Assembly (NCBI GenBank): GCA_020137815.1
Contig: CM035356.1
Location: 3,162,001-3,226,000 of the forward strand
Origin: Hormiphora californensis
Taxonomy: Eukaryota > Animalia > Ctenophora
DNA: 64,000 nucleotides
Direction of reading: 5' to 3'
Shown: in pieces, positions 27,006 to 39,746 of the stretch
How the letters are laid out: each line of letters begins with the position of its first letter
How positions within the stretch are numbered: position 1 is the stretch's first letter
Program-made: the position numbers and the translations under genes
Notes under the pieces: generated by a model
The model's input: the letters and a program-made list of their open reading frames with translations, nothing else
Database searches by the model: none
What the model was told of the DNA's origin: nothing

Positions 27006-28160
27006 TCAATCGACTGCTTCCTCGGCTATAACTCGATCATTGGAAACTTTTGGTTGAGCAGCAGGTCCAGGAGGTCCTCCTCCCCCTCCTGGAGCAGCAC
27101 CTGGCCTCATTCCTCCATTCTTACCCATCATAACCTAGGAATACAGGGTTTACTAAGAGTCACATGATAAAGGAGCTCGAACCCCGGCTTGGAAGTTGAA
27201 CCTCTCGAAATGGGGGCAGATTTGTTCGCGCGTGATCAGTACCGCGCCATTACCACTGTAGGGCGATACCCGCGCGTTACGTCAATAACACTCCAGAAAG
27301 TGTGCCACAGAGGGGCAACTTGGACATTATATGAAACAAAATGACGATGTGGGCCACACTCAATCCTGCAAACTTACCCTGCTGTATTTGGCCTGAGCCT
27401 TGGGGAGGTACTCCATGAACATTTTATAGGCCTCGGGTGGCATGGTGCTTTGTAGAATCTGGAGAAGTTGGTAGCCCTGTCCACAGTTCATTACCGCCGC
27501 AGCAAAGTGTTTACATGCCCCAAGGTTATCTCCTGAAACAATGGTGTTACACACCCGGGGTTACACTCTCTCTCCCTCTCTCTCTGTCCTAGGATATACA
27601 ATACAATTCAAGATCCTGTATTGATACTCAGTATCTATGTATGTACTATCAAAACATCTCGTTTTCTATTCGTTCAAGGCTCAAGCTCGCCAGTATCTCT
27701 TCATATAGATCAAGGCCAGTATGCACTAAATCTGTATTTACTATCTATTGTATCGGTCTATTTACTATCTGCATCTGTTTACCCATTCCGAGTTTCTCCT
27801 CTCCCAGCTGGACCTGCTCCATAAAGAACTTCTGAATAGACATCTGATCTATACCAGTCGGCATGGGGAAATCCAGCTCGCTGTCCTAGAGGGAAAGTTA
27901 TTGCTGAGTAGAGGTAGAATTCAATTACATCTTTATGTCTTTTAATCTCTCTCCCTCTCTCTCTCTAAGAGAGACTCTCTTTGTCTATCTATAATACAGA
28001 CAGGAAAGGCTCTCCATGTTATTTTCCTCGCCATGTAATGCTACACAATCCATCAGCGTACTTAGCAGCCTGTCTCTCTCTAAACATCTCTCTAGCCAAT
28101 ATAATATTGATTATTTCTCTCTCCACCACCCTCAATATTTATAGACAATCTCTCTCTCTA

Positions 28161-28194
<34 letters not shown>

Positions 28195-28550
28195 TCTCTC
28201 TCACCCCAGCACGTCCAGCTAATATTGCTTCCAGCTGCCTTTTCAATAGGTACCCTGAAAGCACACAAGTCTCTCCTTGCCACTTAACAGCCCAATGAAC
28301 AGTGCACATATATACTCAAAGAGCCTAACCGATATACTGCTATTTAAGTGAGCACATAAAATGCATTACAATTATACTAACCCCCTCTCTATATAATAAT
28401 ACCCACCTTTGCCTGTTGCCTTTCTGCCCTCCTCTTCTCCCGTAGCTTGACTTTGTACATTGGGTCCGATCGTCGCTTGTAGTCAAAGTAGACGCAGTAC
28501 GAGAGGAAAGTTGCAGCTGCTACGCTGCCTGCTATCAACGTCTTGGACAT
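27006..28550 (-). CDS. TOMM20: Mitochondrial import receptor Tom20
   Basis: Exons 28550-28407 (MSKTLIAG..YCVYFDYKRRSDP), 27885-27783 (QKFFMEQVQLGEEKL), 27532-27378 (HFAAAV..CGQ..QLLQILQSTMPP), 27134-27006; all phases consistent. Confidence 0.95.
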
Positions 28551-28559
28551 GATTAGCTA

Positions 28560-29095
28560 CTAGGTATAGAGAGGGGGTTAGGTACTAGATAGAGAGGGGG
28601 TTAGGTACTAGATATAGAGAGGGGGTTAGTTACTAGATAGAGAGGGGGTTAGGTACTAGATAGAGAGGGGGTTAGGTACTAGATATAGAGAGGGGGTTAG
28701 TTACTAGATAGAGAGGGGGTTAGGTACTAGATAGAGAGGGAGTTAGTTACTTGATAGAGAGGGGGTTAGGTACTAGATAGAGAGGGGGTTAGGTACTAGA
28801 TATAGAGAGGGAGTTAGTTACTTGATAGAGAGGGAGTTAGTTACTTGATAGAGAGAGGGTTAGCTACTAGATAGAGAGGGGGTTAGTTACTAGATAGAGA
28901 GGGGGTCAGGTACTAGATAGAGAGGGGGTTGGCTACTAGATAGAGAGGGGGTTAGGTACTAGATAGAGAGGGGGTTAGGTACTAGATAGAGAGGGGGTTA
29001 GATACTAGATAGAGAGGGGGTTAGGTACTAGATAGAGAGGGGGTTAGGTACTAGATAGAGAGGCGGTTAGGTACTAGATAGAGAGCGGGTAAGGT
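28560..29095. repeat. 22-24-bp minisatellite immediately upstream of the TOMM20 start codon
   Basis: Unit ggttaggtactagatagagaggg, more than 20 copies. Confidence 0.9.
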
Positions 29096-29199
29096 ATTAT
29101 AAAAAAAGGGGGTAAGAGTATGGATTACAGTGTTTTTGAGGGAGCTATGTGAGACGTGAGTGAGGTGATACGATGAATGCAGTGAGCAGTCCATGCTTT

Positions 29200-29320
29200 A
29201 AATTGTACATCACAACAAAAATTGTTTAATTAATTTAAGAAGACGGAAGTGCGTTGCTTTCAGTAATCATATAAATCACCAGGTATGTAGTTCCGGGTGA
29301 CACCTATTATTAGCGTCGGC
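29200..29320. promoter_or_regulatory. Candidate bidirectional promoter between TOMM20 and the small membrane-protein gene
   Basis: Lies between divergent genes; ETS-like cggaagtg (about 29244) and ttccggg (about 29291). Inference only. Confidence 0.3.
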
Positions 29321-30057
29321 AAAAAAAACTTATTCTTTGTTTTATTTCTCTCCATGGCCAATCTTTTATAAAAATCACGGACGTTCTTTTCTTATCATAC
29401 TAATTACCAGCTACATTATCTAATGACACTTTTTTAAAACTTGTGTCTCTCGTTCTCTCTCTCTCTTCAAAAGTGTCTTCTCTTTCTCTACAATTTCTCT
29501 CTGTTATTCTCTCTCTGTGTTTCCTGGTTCTCACTGTGTGTTGCCTTTTTGACAACTGTCTCATGTACTCGAGAAATAATACTCCCAGACTAATTAGTGG
29601 CTTGTAGTTTAGTATTGTGTGCTGTATTTTACCACATTCTTGCTCCATAATTTCCCTAACGCCACGCAGTTACAAACTGTATAATAAAATGCCATCAGGC
29701 CTGATTGTCGATTCCCGATTATTGTTCTCAGTAACTTCTAACTAGTTAGGAGAGCTCATTCGCAAGCTAAATAAAAATACTGATGGTATATATATAATAG
29801 ATGATGGTATATATATAATAGATGGTATATATATAATAGATGACAATAAAAACTCTTGGGTCTTGAGTATTCCTAACTCCCCTGTTTTGCTTGGTTACGA
29901 AATAACCCCTCATACTTTTGCTAGGTTCTACACTTCATGGAGTGATACTAACCACTCACAGCACGAGTGTAGTAGTACACAGTAGGACGTGCTTAGTAAG
30001 TACTTGTAACTACTTGGTACTTGTAAGTACTTGTAAGTGCTTAGTAAGTTGTTGGTG

Positions 30058-30554
30058 ATGGCGGTGGATGGTAATAGTACTTCTGGAGATGATGACAGTT
30101 CTGGTTGGTACATTCCAAGTATCAATGTTTCTATAGGTAAGCTGTGTGTGTGTTTCTGTTTTCCATCCATGTTCCTTCATACACACCCCAATTCATGTTC
30201 CCACATCCCCCATAACATAACACAACACTTTCTCCCCCGCTAGGCCCGCTCGAGGTAGGCATGATGATAGGTGGAGGCCTGCTACTCTTCTTCTACATTG
30301 TCTATGTAGCATGGGATATTCTCAACACCATTCTACTAAAGAGAATGCGAGAACGGCAATCAGCAGCACGATACCATGGCGCCTCAAGTTCCAATATTGT
30401 TCACTCCACCACTAATTCCTCGTCCTCAAATAACGGCCATACCACACTCTCAACACCCTACACGGGGAAGGAGATTAGTGGACTACTTCTTAGTTCGGTT
30501 GCAGAGAAGTCAGAGTGCCCAGTGGCTGAGTGTCCCCTTGATCCAAACATGTGA
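30058..30554 (+). CDS. Small (about 129 aa) single-pass membrane protein of unknown family
   Basis: Exons 30058-30136 and 30244-30554 join in phase 1. N-terminal NST/NVS sequons, hydrophobic segment MMIGGGLLLFFYIVYVAW, then basic KRMRER. Confidence 0.6.
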
Positions 30555-31049
30555 ACACTTATCATGTTAAAGACATGTTAAAACATGTTAAAACTCTTCT
30601 TCTGGACACTTCTTGATCATGTATGACATGTTTTAACTACTTCTAATATATTCTCTCTGTTCGTTTGTCCAAACTGCAAATGGCTACCAGGTGCAAGAGG
30701 TGCAAGAGGTACAAACCCTCCTTTACAACGGGGCCTGGTGAGAGAGAAGGTTGAGCAAGTGGGAATATGTGTGTTTTGACGTGTGTGATAAGTTAATTCT
30801 ACTAACATTATGAAATAGATACAGGAGAAAGAGATCAGCTGTGAATTATCCCTGCTATAATTATAGCTAATTATGTGACACACTGGTTAGTGGAAATATG
30901 ATTTCTATTGCGTGTTTTTAAACAATCAACTTGTTATGTTCTATCACGCGGAGAGTAGAGAGAGGGGGGTCGAACAAGGCAATAACAAGCAGCGTCTCTC
31001 AGACCAAATTAAACCAAAATGGAGGAAACTGAATCTGTGTCACTTTTAA

Positions 31050-32329
31050 GGGTACACCTCGGCGAAATTTTTGTCGAGTGCCCGCTTAGCTCTCCATATG
31101 GGGTTGTAGGCCATACCAAGCCGACCTCAAATATGCAATTTTAGCCCTTAACTCGAATTCATATTTTTGCTACAGCCCCTCAAAGTTGGACCCTAAAAAC
31201 CGGTTTTTAAGGTCCCTAAATTTTATTTTTAGGGCTAGAAAGCTGAAAATTTGGGGATTTATAGAGGATACCAAGGTGTATCAGCTCAAACAGAAATTTT
31301 TTGAAATGGAGCTAAATTTTTTGTCTGAGACTATTTTTCTTTTTTTGACTTTGAGGCCATATTTGGACATGTTCCTATGGACCGTTAAGGCTAAAAATTG
31401 GATATTTGGTGCTCCTAACAATTGTCAAAGTAGCCACAAATTTTCAGGAGGTCCGAATTTGAAATGTGGCCTACAGGTTTCTTTTTGTAAAGCACATATT
31501 TTAGGAAAACTTAAAATGGCTATATCTCAAAAACGGTAAGTCCTAGCGATCTAATTTCATGCTAAATCGATTCAGCGGGTCCGATTTTGGGGGGGTCGTC
31601 TCTTAGACATTTTGCTCTAAGTCTAACCGTTTTTTCAGAAATCGTATTTTAAGATTTGTACATGTTTAGCAGAAATAGGTAAGATTAGCTCTAGCTAGAA
31701 GCATTTCTGCTAAACATGTACAAATCTTAAAATACGATTTCTGAAAAAACGGTTAGACTTAGAGCAAAATGTCTAAGAGACGACCCCCCCAAAATCGGAC
31801 CCGCTGAATCGATTTAGCATGAAATTAGATCGCTAGGACTTACCGTTTTTGAGATATAGCCATTTTAAGTTTTCCTAAAATATGTGCTTTACAAAAAGAA
31901 ACCTGTAGGCCACATTTCAAATTCGGACCTCCTGAAAATTTGTGGCTACTTTGACAATTGTTAGGAGCACCAAATATCCAATTTTTAGCCTTAACGGTCC
32001 ATAGGAACATGTCCAAATATGGCCTCAAAGTCAAAAAAAGAAAAATAGTCTCAGACAAAAAATTTAGCTCCATTTCAAAAAATTTCTGTTTGAGCTGATA
32101 CACCTTGGTATCCTCTATAAATCCCCAAATTTTCAGCTTTCTAGCCCTAAAAATAAAATTTAGGGACCTTAAAAACCGGTTTTTAGGGTCCAACTTTGAG
32201 GGGCTGTAGCAAAAATATGAATTCGAGTTAAGGGCTAAAATTGCATATTTGAGGTCGGCTTGGTATGGCCTACAACCCCATATGGAGAGCTAAGCGGGCA
32301 CTCGACAAAAATTTCGCCGAGGTGTACCC
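31050..32329. mobile_element. 1280-bp palindromic non-autonomous element with TTAA TSD (Kolobok/T2-MITE-like)
   Basis: TTAA|gggtacacc ... ggtgtaccc|TTAA; 627-bp arms, 26-bp spacer (31677-31702). Identical mirror ORFs 31186-31539 and 31840-32193. Confidence 0.9.
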
Positions 32330-32421
32330 TTAAAGTGGCATGAAAGGTGTCAACATATACATTTAAATTATCACAAAAATTAAAAACTGTCCATTGCTAA
32401 AAGTATTCCTCATCGGTACAT

Positions 32422-35400
32422 CTATTTACGTGTAAAATAGGACCTAATGCAATGCAAGGTAGAACATTGGCTATGATCATGGCCCCCTTCCTCCTCCTCC
32501 TCCTCCTCCTCTCTCTTTGTCACCCTCTCTCCCAACCATCCTCTAAGAGTCACCCTCGCCCCCTGATCATCGGGTGGTGTTCTGTTCTCCTTCTCCTGGC
32601 TGAACGGTGAAAATGTCTTGAAACTACTCGTCCCCTGACTATTGTCTTGTGACGTCACGTCGCCAAATAAGGAAACTCTCTGTTTTTTAGGGCTATTCTG
32701 AAACTCGGCGGTGCTTGCCCTCTTTCTCGTCCGCAGGGGCATCTCATTGATAGGGGATCGAGATAGTTCTGAGACATCAGTTGCAGTGGAGGTGCAGAAG
32801 GTACACTGGCAGTTGGCCCGATGGATGGGGGTCCCTGTTTTCGTGTACTTTCTAAACTCAGTTCGCTTTGTTGGCGTTGTGTCTGATGTGGGGGGAACAG
32901 CAGCAGCAGCGGCGGAGGGTTGTGGAGGGGCGGTGGAGGGGTGAATTCGGGTTCTCCTCGGGACTGAGGAGCGGGAACAACTCCGAGGTGTTAAATCAGC
33001 CACTAGAGGGCTTCCTGTGGGGTGTTGGAAGTGTTAGGAACAGTCTGTTCTGAAGAGAAATATAAAAAATGTAACTTCTAACAACTATAGGTTGGTAAAT
33101 ATTTGTGGTATTTTGATGGCACCAACCTGTGTGTGTACTGGGCGTCTTGGCAGCATGGTTCAGTGCTCGACAGCAGGCCTTACATGCCCCCACACAGTTG
33201 ATGGGAGAGAGAGTCTGTGTCCCTGAGTCCCTACATCCCTCCTTGCTCTGGGTTGAAACACTAACAGAGGGTACAGGTGCAGGGCTTTGGGTACTGACTG
33301 ATATCATGAGAGTGAGAGGGCTGGAGAGTTGGGGAGGACTGGAGTGTTGGGCAGTGGTAGGGGCAGGGCTGGAGACTTGGGCAGGGGTGGAGACTTGGGC
33401 GGCAGTGTCTGAAGGGGTTTTCGTAGCATGAGTCCTCATTTGACAGTCCGAGGGTTCTGGATTAGGGCGGGTTAGTTGTTGGGTTGTCTCCTCATCTCTC
33501 CAGTTGCTACGTTTCGGTGTTGTATCACCACGTTTGGGGGTTGTATCACCACGTTTGGGGGTTGTATCACCACGTTTGGGTGTTGTATCACCACGTTTGG
33601 GGGTTGTATCACCACGTTTGGGGGTTGTATCACCACGTTTGGGAGTTGTATCACCACGTTTGGGTGTTGTATCACCACGTTTGGGAGTTGTGTCACCACG
33701 TTTGGGAGTTGTGTCACCCCTTTCTCTGTAAGCACTGCTCGGTCCCGGTTCCTCATCCATTCTGACATCTCCCCTTGTTGGAGCAGCAGCCCGTTCCTTC
33801 CGTTTTGGACGCTTCCGGGGACTATTAGGAGACGTCAGGTCCAGCGGGGTAGGTACTGCAGTAACCTGGGGACAAGGGAGAGTTATACACAAGCTGAGAA
33901 ATTCATTTCGAGCTGGGACAGTGACCCAGAAATATCATGTGGATCAAAAAATAGAGACCTTGGTCTACGTGTACCTTGCTAACTCGGGGACTCTGTCTTA
34001 GAGGGGATGCTGTTACAGAAGAGTTCTTCTCCGCTGATAACAGGCCATTGGATCGGAAAAAAGAGGATATCTTTCCTGGTGTCTTTTGCAGTCTTGGTGA
34101 AGATCGGACTGGTGAACTGTGATCTAAAGGAGACTAGATTTAGTAGAGGGTCAGATATGTAAAGGGGAGATCTACGGTCTATAGTGGAGAATTGGAAATA
34201 AAGAGGGGAAAAGAAAAGGATAAGAAAGATTCACAAAGAGAAAGGGGCGTTTTCACTATTTTACTAAAGACACCTGAGTAGGTATGATTGTTAAATCGTT
34301 GTACCTTGCTGTTGTCTAAGAAGTGCTGCTGCTGTCCGGGAAGGGGTAGACACATGGGCCGGTCGAGATGGGGTTCGTTTAGAGTTTGGCGTTGTGGTTG
34401 TGAGGGTGCCCTGCTTTCTTGAGGGCGTTCTCAGCGATTGAGCAGCTCTCCTAGCTTTCCTGAAAATTTGAGGGTTGAAGGAAGAAATAAAACAGATTTT
34501 CTTACATACCATTTATCTTTTTCGCATTCTATCTCTTTCTCTCTCTCTTTTCTTTATCACTCTCTCTCGCGCTCTCTCTCTCCCCACCATATCTCACCTG
34601 CCACTAGGTGTACCAGAGGGTGACCCTGTATCTCGGTCCACTAAATTCAGTGAGGATAGTGCCACCGGCTGCCTTGTACTTATCTTCCCCTCCCCACACT
34701 TACTCCCATCAAGAGCGAGAGAAGCGAGGTCATGGAGCCGCCATACCCGGACCGTGTAATCGTCCGAGCTGGACACGAGTTGGCCCAGGTCGAGGGGACT
34801 GCACGCCACACTTGTCACTTCACCTAGGGAGATAGAGAATTAGTCGCTGTTAGTATGTGTGTGTGTGTTAGTAAAATTGTGCAGATCTGTAATTCCCCTT
34901 TCTATCTCTCTCTCTCTCTCTCTAAAGCAATCTAAATCAGTAATTAGCTCACCGAATTCCAGCTATTAGTCCACTAATCAGTCTGCTTTATATCCAACCC
35001 TTCCCCAGACAACCCACCCAACCCTCCCTAAACACCCAACCCTCCCTAGTCCCTACCCAGTACCCACCACCCATCCCTCCCAACCCACCCCTTCCTACCC
35101 ACCCCTCCCTAACCACCCACCCCACCCACCCTTCCAGCTTCCTACCCATGTGCCCATCTAGTTGGACGGGTGCCAGGTCAGGGTGTGCAATATCCCACAC
35201 AAAGATAGAATTGCTGGAAGATCCACTGACAAGGAACCGGTCACACATTGACACTGTACTCCGCACGAAGAATGTGTTGTTGGTGTGTCCACTGAACACC
35301 GCCACCGGATCTCTGAGGGAGAGAGGAAAGGGAGTTAGGAAGAGGAGAAAAGAGGGTTAGGAAGGGGAGGGAAGGGGATTAGGATTAGGGTTAGGAAGAT

Positions 35401-38400
35401 AAGAAAAGAGGGTTAGGAAGAGGGTTAGGAAGGGGAGAAAAGGGGGTTAGGAAGGGGTTAGGAAGGCAAGCAATTAAAGGAGGGGAGAGGAGGTGGTTAG
35501 GAAGAGAGAGAGAATGGGGTTAGGAAGGGGAGATTCTCTTGCTTTTATCCGAGCCTCAAATACCGCCCCTAACTAGCTAGTAGATACCTCTGATCACACA
35601 GCTGTGTGTTGTACATGTAAATGAGATCGTCAGTGCAGTTGGAAAAGAGATATCTACCACAGGATGTGGAGCTGAGGCTGGTCATGCCACTACGCCGGGT
35701 CGATGTGCCGACATAGGGGTAGACGTGCTTGGGCTGTGGTGAACCTGGGGGTAAAGATAGACAGGGATGTAATACAGAGAAAAGAGATCTGTGAGAAAAC
35801 TATAAATGTACAGCTAAAGCAGGATTAAATAATCGGGGGATTATTATGATTATATATTACCTTTGACGGATGTATAGTATCGTCTCATGTCCCACAACTT
35901 GACTGCCCCGTCTGCAGCTCCGCAGGTATAAAGGTTGTTTTCATCTTGAAAGACGAGGGAGGTGACACTCTGCTGAACTTCTCCCCTCACACCGCCCCTG
36001 TAGTGATAAAAGAAGGAATTAAGGAATTAAACAAGGAATTAAACAAATATCTCTATTATAAGTTGGAGTAACAAAGTCACCCATTCACCCCGGGTAACAA
36101 GAGATCTCAGCTCTTCTTAACAGAGTGATCTCATTGTATTGTTCATACGCGGGGTCGGTGCAACAGCACAAAGATCTCAGTAAGACTTACTGGTTATTTC
36201 GTGTGCGTGTCGGAGCACCAGGAACCTCAACTCTATGCACATTCCTCAGAATGTTAACTGATCTGTACTCCCCTGACCTGGTGGGTCGGGTCCTCGAGTC
36301 CCACACCATAACATGGCCATCTCTCCCTCCTGATGAGAGAAACATGATTTGAGCTATTCAGGTTGGAGAGATTGAAACATGATTTGAGCTATTCAGGTTG
36401 GAGAGATTGAACAATATTATATTCAGATATTGCAAACACGGCGTGCAGCTGGTGAACTCGGCCTAGAATGAGGCTTGTTACTATGGTTACTATGGTTACT
36501 CTGCCCCTTTTTTTTAGAATGAAGTATTTGCATTTTTTAAGTTTCGAGAAAATCGACTTTAAAGTTTTTTAGAGGGTTTTTCGGAACTAAAATTGTCATA
36601 GAAGCCCAAATAGTACGTCAAACGATTTATGACTTATACCACAAGAATCCTGAAGGAATTCTGCAGGACTTCCAATTATCAGCTATCATCAAATTTGTCT
36701 CAAATTGATGTCAGGCATCAAAATTGATGCCTTACTCTGTTGGTTACTTCACTTATATTACAGTTTTGAAAATACTTCCGTTGCTAGACTGATATCGACT
36801 GAAGCATAATTTTTCGTGGTAGATACTTCAGTAATTACTTCACTCAAAAAAATACTTCATCATAATAGCAACAAAAGCACCTAAAAAGTACTTCACTTGC
36901 ATATACTTCAGTAATTACTTCATTCCTAAAAATACTTCTTCAGAACTGTATTCAAAATGCCTAAAAGTAACTTAATCGAACAAAAGTGTACATGTGCTTC
37001 AAAATCGCAATCTTACTTCAATATTTTGGATAAAATCACAAACGAAGTTAATTTTCATTTAACACGCAGTGAAGTATAAAATGTGTTAGAATTCTTGCTA
37101 GTCTTGAAAGTAACTCCAGAGCAGCAGCTGCAGACAAACAGACGCACAGACAAACAGACGCACAAATTACAACTGCAGCAGCCTGCAGCAGCCTGCAGCA
37201 GCATAAAGAGATGGGCCGCCCGCCCTTCGGGCGGAATGTTAAAATCATGGTGCTGATAAATTGAGCGAAAACAGAAAAACGCTATGGCAACCCTCAAACT
37301 AAGACGAACCTGCAGATAAAATCTGGAAGATTAATCTGTTCCGGTACGAGTCATACTTTGAAATTGGTTGAGTTCGGCTTGTAATATCAGAGTGAAACAT
37401 GGAGATTGGAGATTCAAGAATTTTCTTCCGACCTCTACACAGGTCCGTGTTCATAAAATATGACAGACATACAAACAGATCACAGACATACAAACAGATC
37501 ACAGACAGACACACAGACAGACACACAGGCCAGTTCAGGCTTGATCAATATCATGTGTGTGGGTGATGTGTGTGTGTGATGTCCCTGCAGCATAGTGCAT
37601 AATACTACGGTTAATGTAGTACATATTTATCATGATATGTGAGCGCTGCAGATAACATGTGCCCTGTTTAATACGCCTAACTGGTTAGAAAGCAAGAACC
37701 CTGTTTAAACACAAGGATTGTTGCTGTTCGAGATATCCGATACAAAGATAGTGCTAATACATCAGTACTGTGGGAATATGATATGCGCCTAGATATATCG
37801 AATCCAGTGGATCGCTTGGTTACTTCCTTCGTTAAACAAGCATTGAAACTGGAGGGTTGGAGTAACTCATATACAGTGCGGCACATTAATGTGTTTGTAT
37901 CTGATTTTTCGGAATGACCAGTTGGGCTATTAAACAGTAATCACGACATATTAATTGAATTCGTGATCCTCGGATCAACTGCACGAAATCAGTGATGGCA
38001 CCTCGTACCGTTGAACGGTCGATTGATTCAATAACCTGTTGTTCAGGCTTGATCAATATCATGTGTGTGGGTGATGTGTGTGTGTGATGTCCCTGCAGCA
38101 TAGTGCATAATACTACGGTTAATGTAGTACATTATCAATGGCACATATTATAATAAAAAATGAAGTATTCTTAAGTTATGAAGTATTTTTTCTGGATGCG
38201 ACAAGAAGCATTTGAATTCCACAGATTTATGAAGCATTTTCAAATTGAAGTTAATGAAGTGAAGTATCTTCTGATTTGAAAATACTTCAAACAAAATCTG
38301 CAACTGATTTATGAAGCATTTTCAAATTGAAGTAAATGAAGTGAAGTATCTTCTGAGTGGACAATACTTCAAACAAAATCTGCAGCTGATTGAAGTATTT

Positions 38401-39746
38401 CAATAGAATTTTTTAAATGAAGCAAACAACTGAAGCAAATTTTTCTGCGGTTATTACTTCTATGGTAGAAAAGTTTAACGAAGCAGTATTTATTTCCGAA
38501 TTATATTAGCGAAGCAATTGCCATTTGCTTCACTTTTCTGCAGTTTTTCAAAAATAAAAGTACTTCACAAAAAACACTTCACTCTATTTTTTGAAGATTG
38601 AGACACGAGACTTAGCCCATCTTGTAGATCTTTTTCTCCTGATCAAGATGGTATAAATAACTCAAAATCGCCAAAATTGCAAATACTTCATTCTAAAAAA
38701 AAGGGGCAGTACTATGGTTACTATGGTTACTATGGTAACAATGGTTACTACGGTTACTACGGTTACAACGGTTACTACGGTTACTATGGTAACAATGGTT
38801 ACTATGGTTACTATGGTTACTAACCAGTTGCAAAAACGGAGGAATGTCCCTTTCGGAATGAGATGGTTCTCACACTGCAGGTGTGACCTTTAAATGCAGA
38901 GATACAGGTACCAGATTCAACATCCCATAACTGGGCTGTCTGATCACCTGGTGAGAGAGATGGGGTTGTAGCTGTACGGGGTTAGATAAGTGTTTTAATA
39001 TTTAAAAAAAAATAGTGTTTGCAATAAGTGTTTTCAATTACAGTCGGACCCCGATTTACCAGGATGCTTCACTCCCAGTAAATCGGGGTCCCGGTAAATC
39101 GGGGTTCGACTGTAGTTTAATAATTTGTAAATGTTTCCCAACTGATGTTGAACAATATCTAAATACTATCTAAACACTATCTAAACGTCATTACCTGATG
39201 CTGTAACAATCTGCTTTGTACTCCCAGGTACCCATGCTACATCGAATACGGCGTTAATATGCGCTTGCCAGCTCCCCACTATTCCGTTCTTGTGTTTCAT
39301 AGTGTCCAGAAAATACACCTGCACCATTGGAGATATAATATACATTATGCATGATATGGAGTAGTATAAGAAGGAGTATAAGATGGGGGTATGTGGGTTT
39401 GAAAGGAACGGTGAAATAGTTAAGTATGGGAGAGTCTAAAAAAGACCTTGACCTACCGAACCCTCAACCCTCACAGAGGTGTGAACCACACAAACATAAT
39501 ATATTAATAACCCTAAACAGTGGTGTGCGAACTGCGAAAGCTAAATCATATTACCTTGCCCTCTTCGTCAGCGAAAGCTACTATTTGTTCCTCAGGTCGT
39601 GGGGAGTAAGCACATGCAAAGGGAAGGGGAACTGAACCTTGTTCCCCCGCACTACACGTCATGTGGTATTCATCCTCTTTGTAACAGGTGAAATCCTTGA
39701 AGATCTTCCAGTGGGGGACCTCCCACGGGCAATACCATTTTATCAT
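32422..39746 (-). CDS. DTL: Denticleless/Cdt2, WD40 substrate receptor of CRL4
   Basis: Exons 39746-39555 (PLPFACAYS..AFADEEGK), 39318-39195 (WQAHINAVFDVAW..TASG), 38947-38825 (FKGHTCSVR), 36329-36191 (GRDGHVMVWDSR), 35997-35861 (GAADGAVKLWDMR), 35744-35588, 35312-35146 (FSGH..TFFVRS), 34823-34598 (SSDDYTVRVWR), 34459-34305, 34123-33975, 33865-33127, 33014-32422. C-terminal PIP-like CIRSYFTRK. Confidence 0.93.
33510..33722 (-). repeat. Coding 21-bp repeat x10 encoding (GDTTPKR)10 in DTL
   Basis: Lies within DTL exon 33865-33127. Confidence 0.9.
36501..38709. mobile_element. 2.2-kb non-autonomous DNA transposon in a DTL intron, 4-bp TSD (Sola-like, tentative)
   Basis: TIR ctgccccttttttttagaatgaagtatttgca / tgcaaatacttcattctaaaaaaaaggggcag; TACT on both flanks. 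Many subterminal tacttca (left) and tgaagta (right) motifs. Confidence 0.8.
39041..39112. mobile_element. Tc1/mariner-type MITE (TA TSD); related copies at 39787-39868 and partial near 2303 and 6330-6367
   Basis: TA|cagtcggaccccgatttacc ... ggtaaatcggggttcgactg|TA. Confidence 0.8.

Noticed and set aside
31186-32193. Pair of identical 117-aa ORFs on opposite strands
   Set aside because: Consequence of the palindrome; TTG start and no transposase motifs.
33510-33722. RGD integrin-binding repeats
   Set aside because: They lie within the nuclear protein Cdt2; RGD is incidental to the TPKR repeat.
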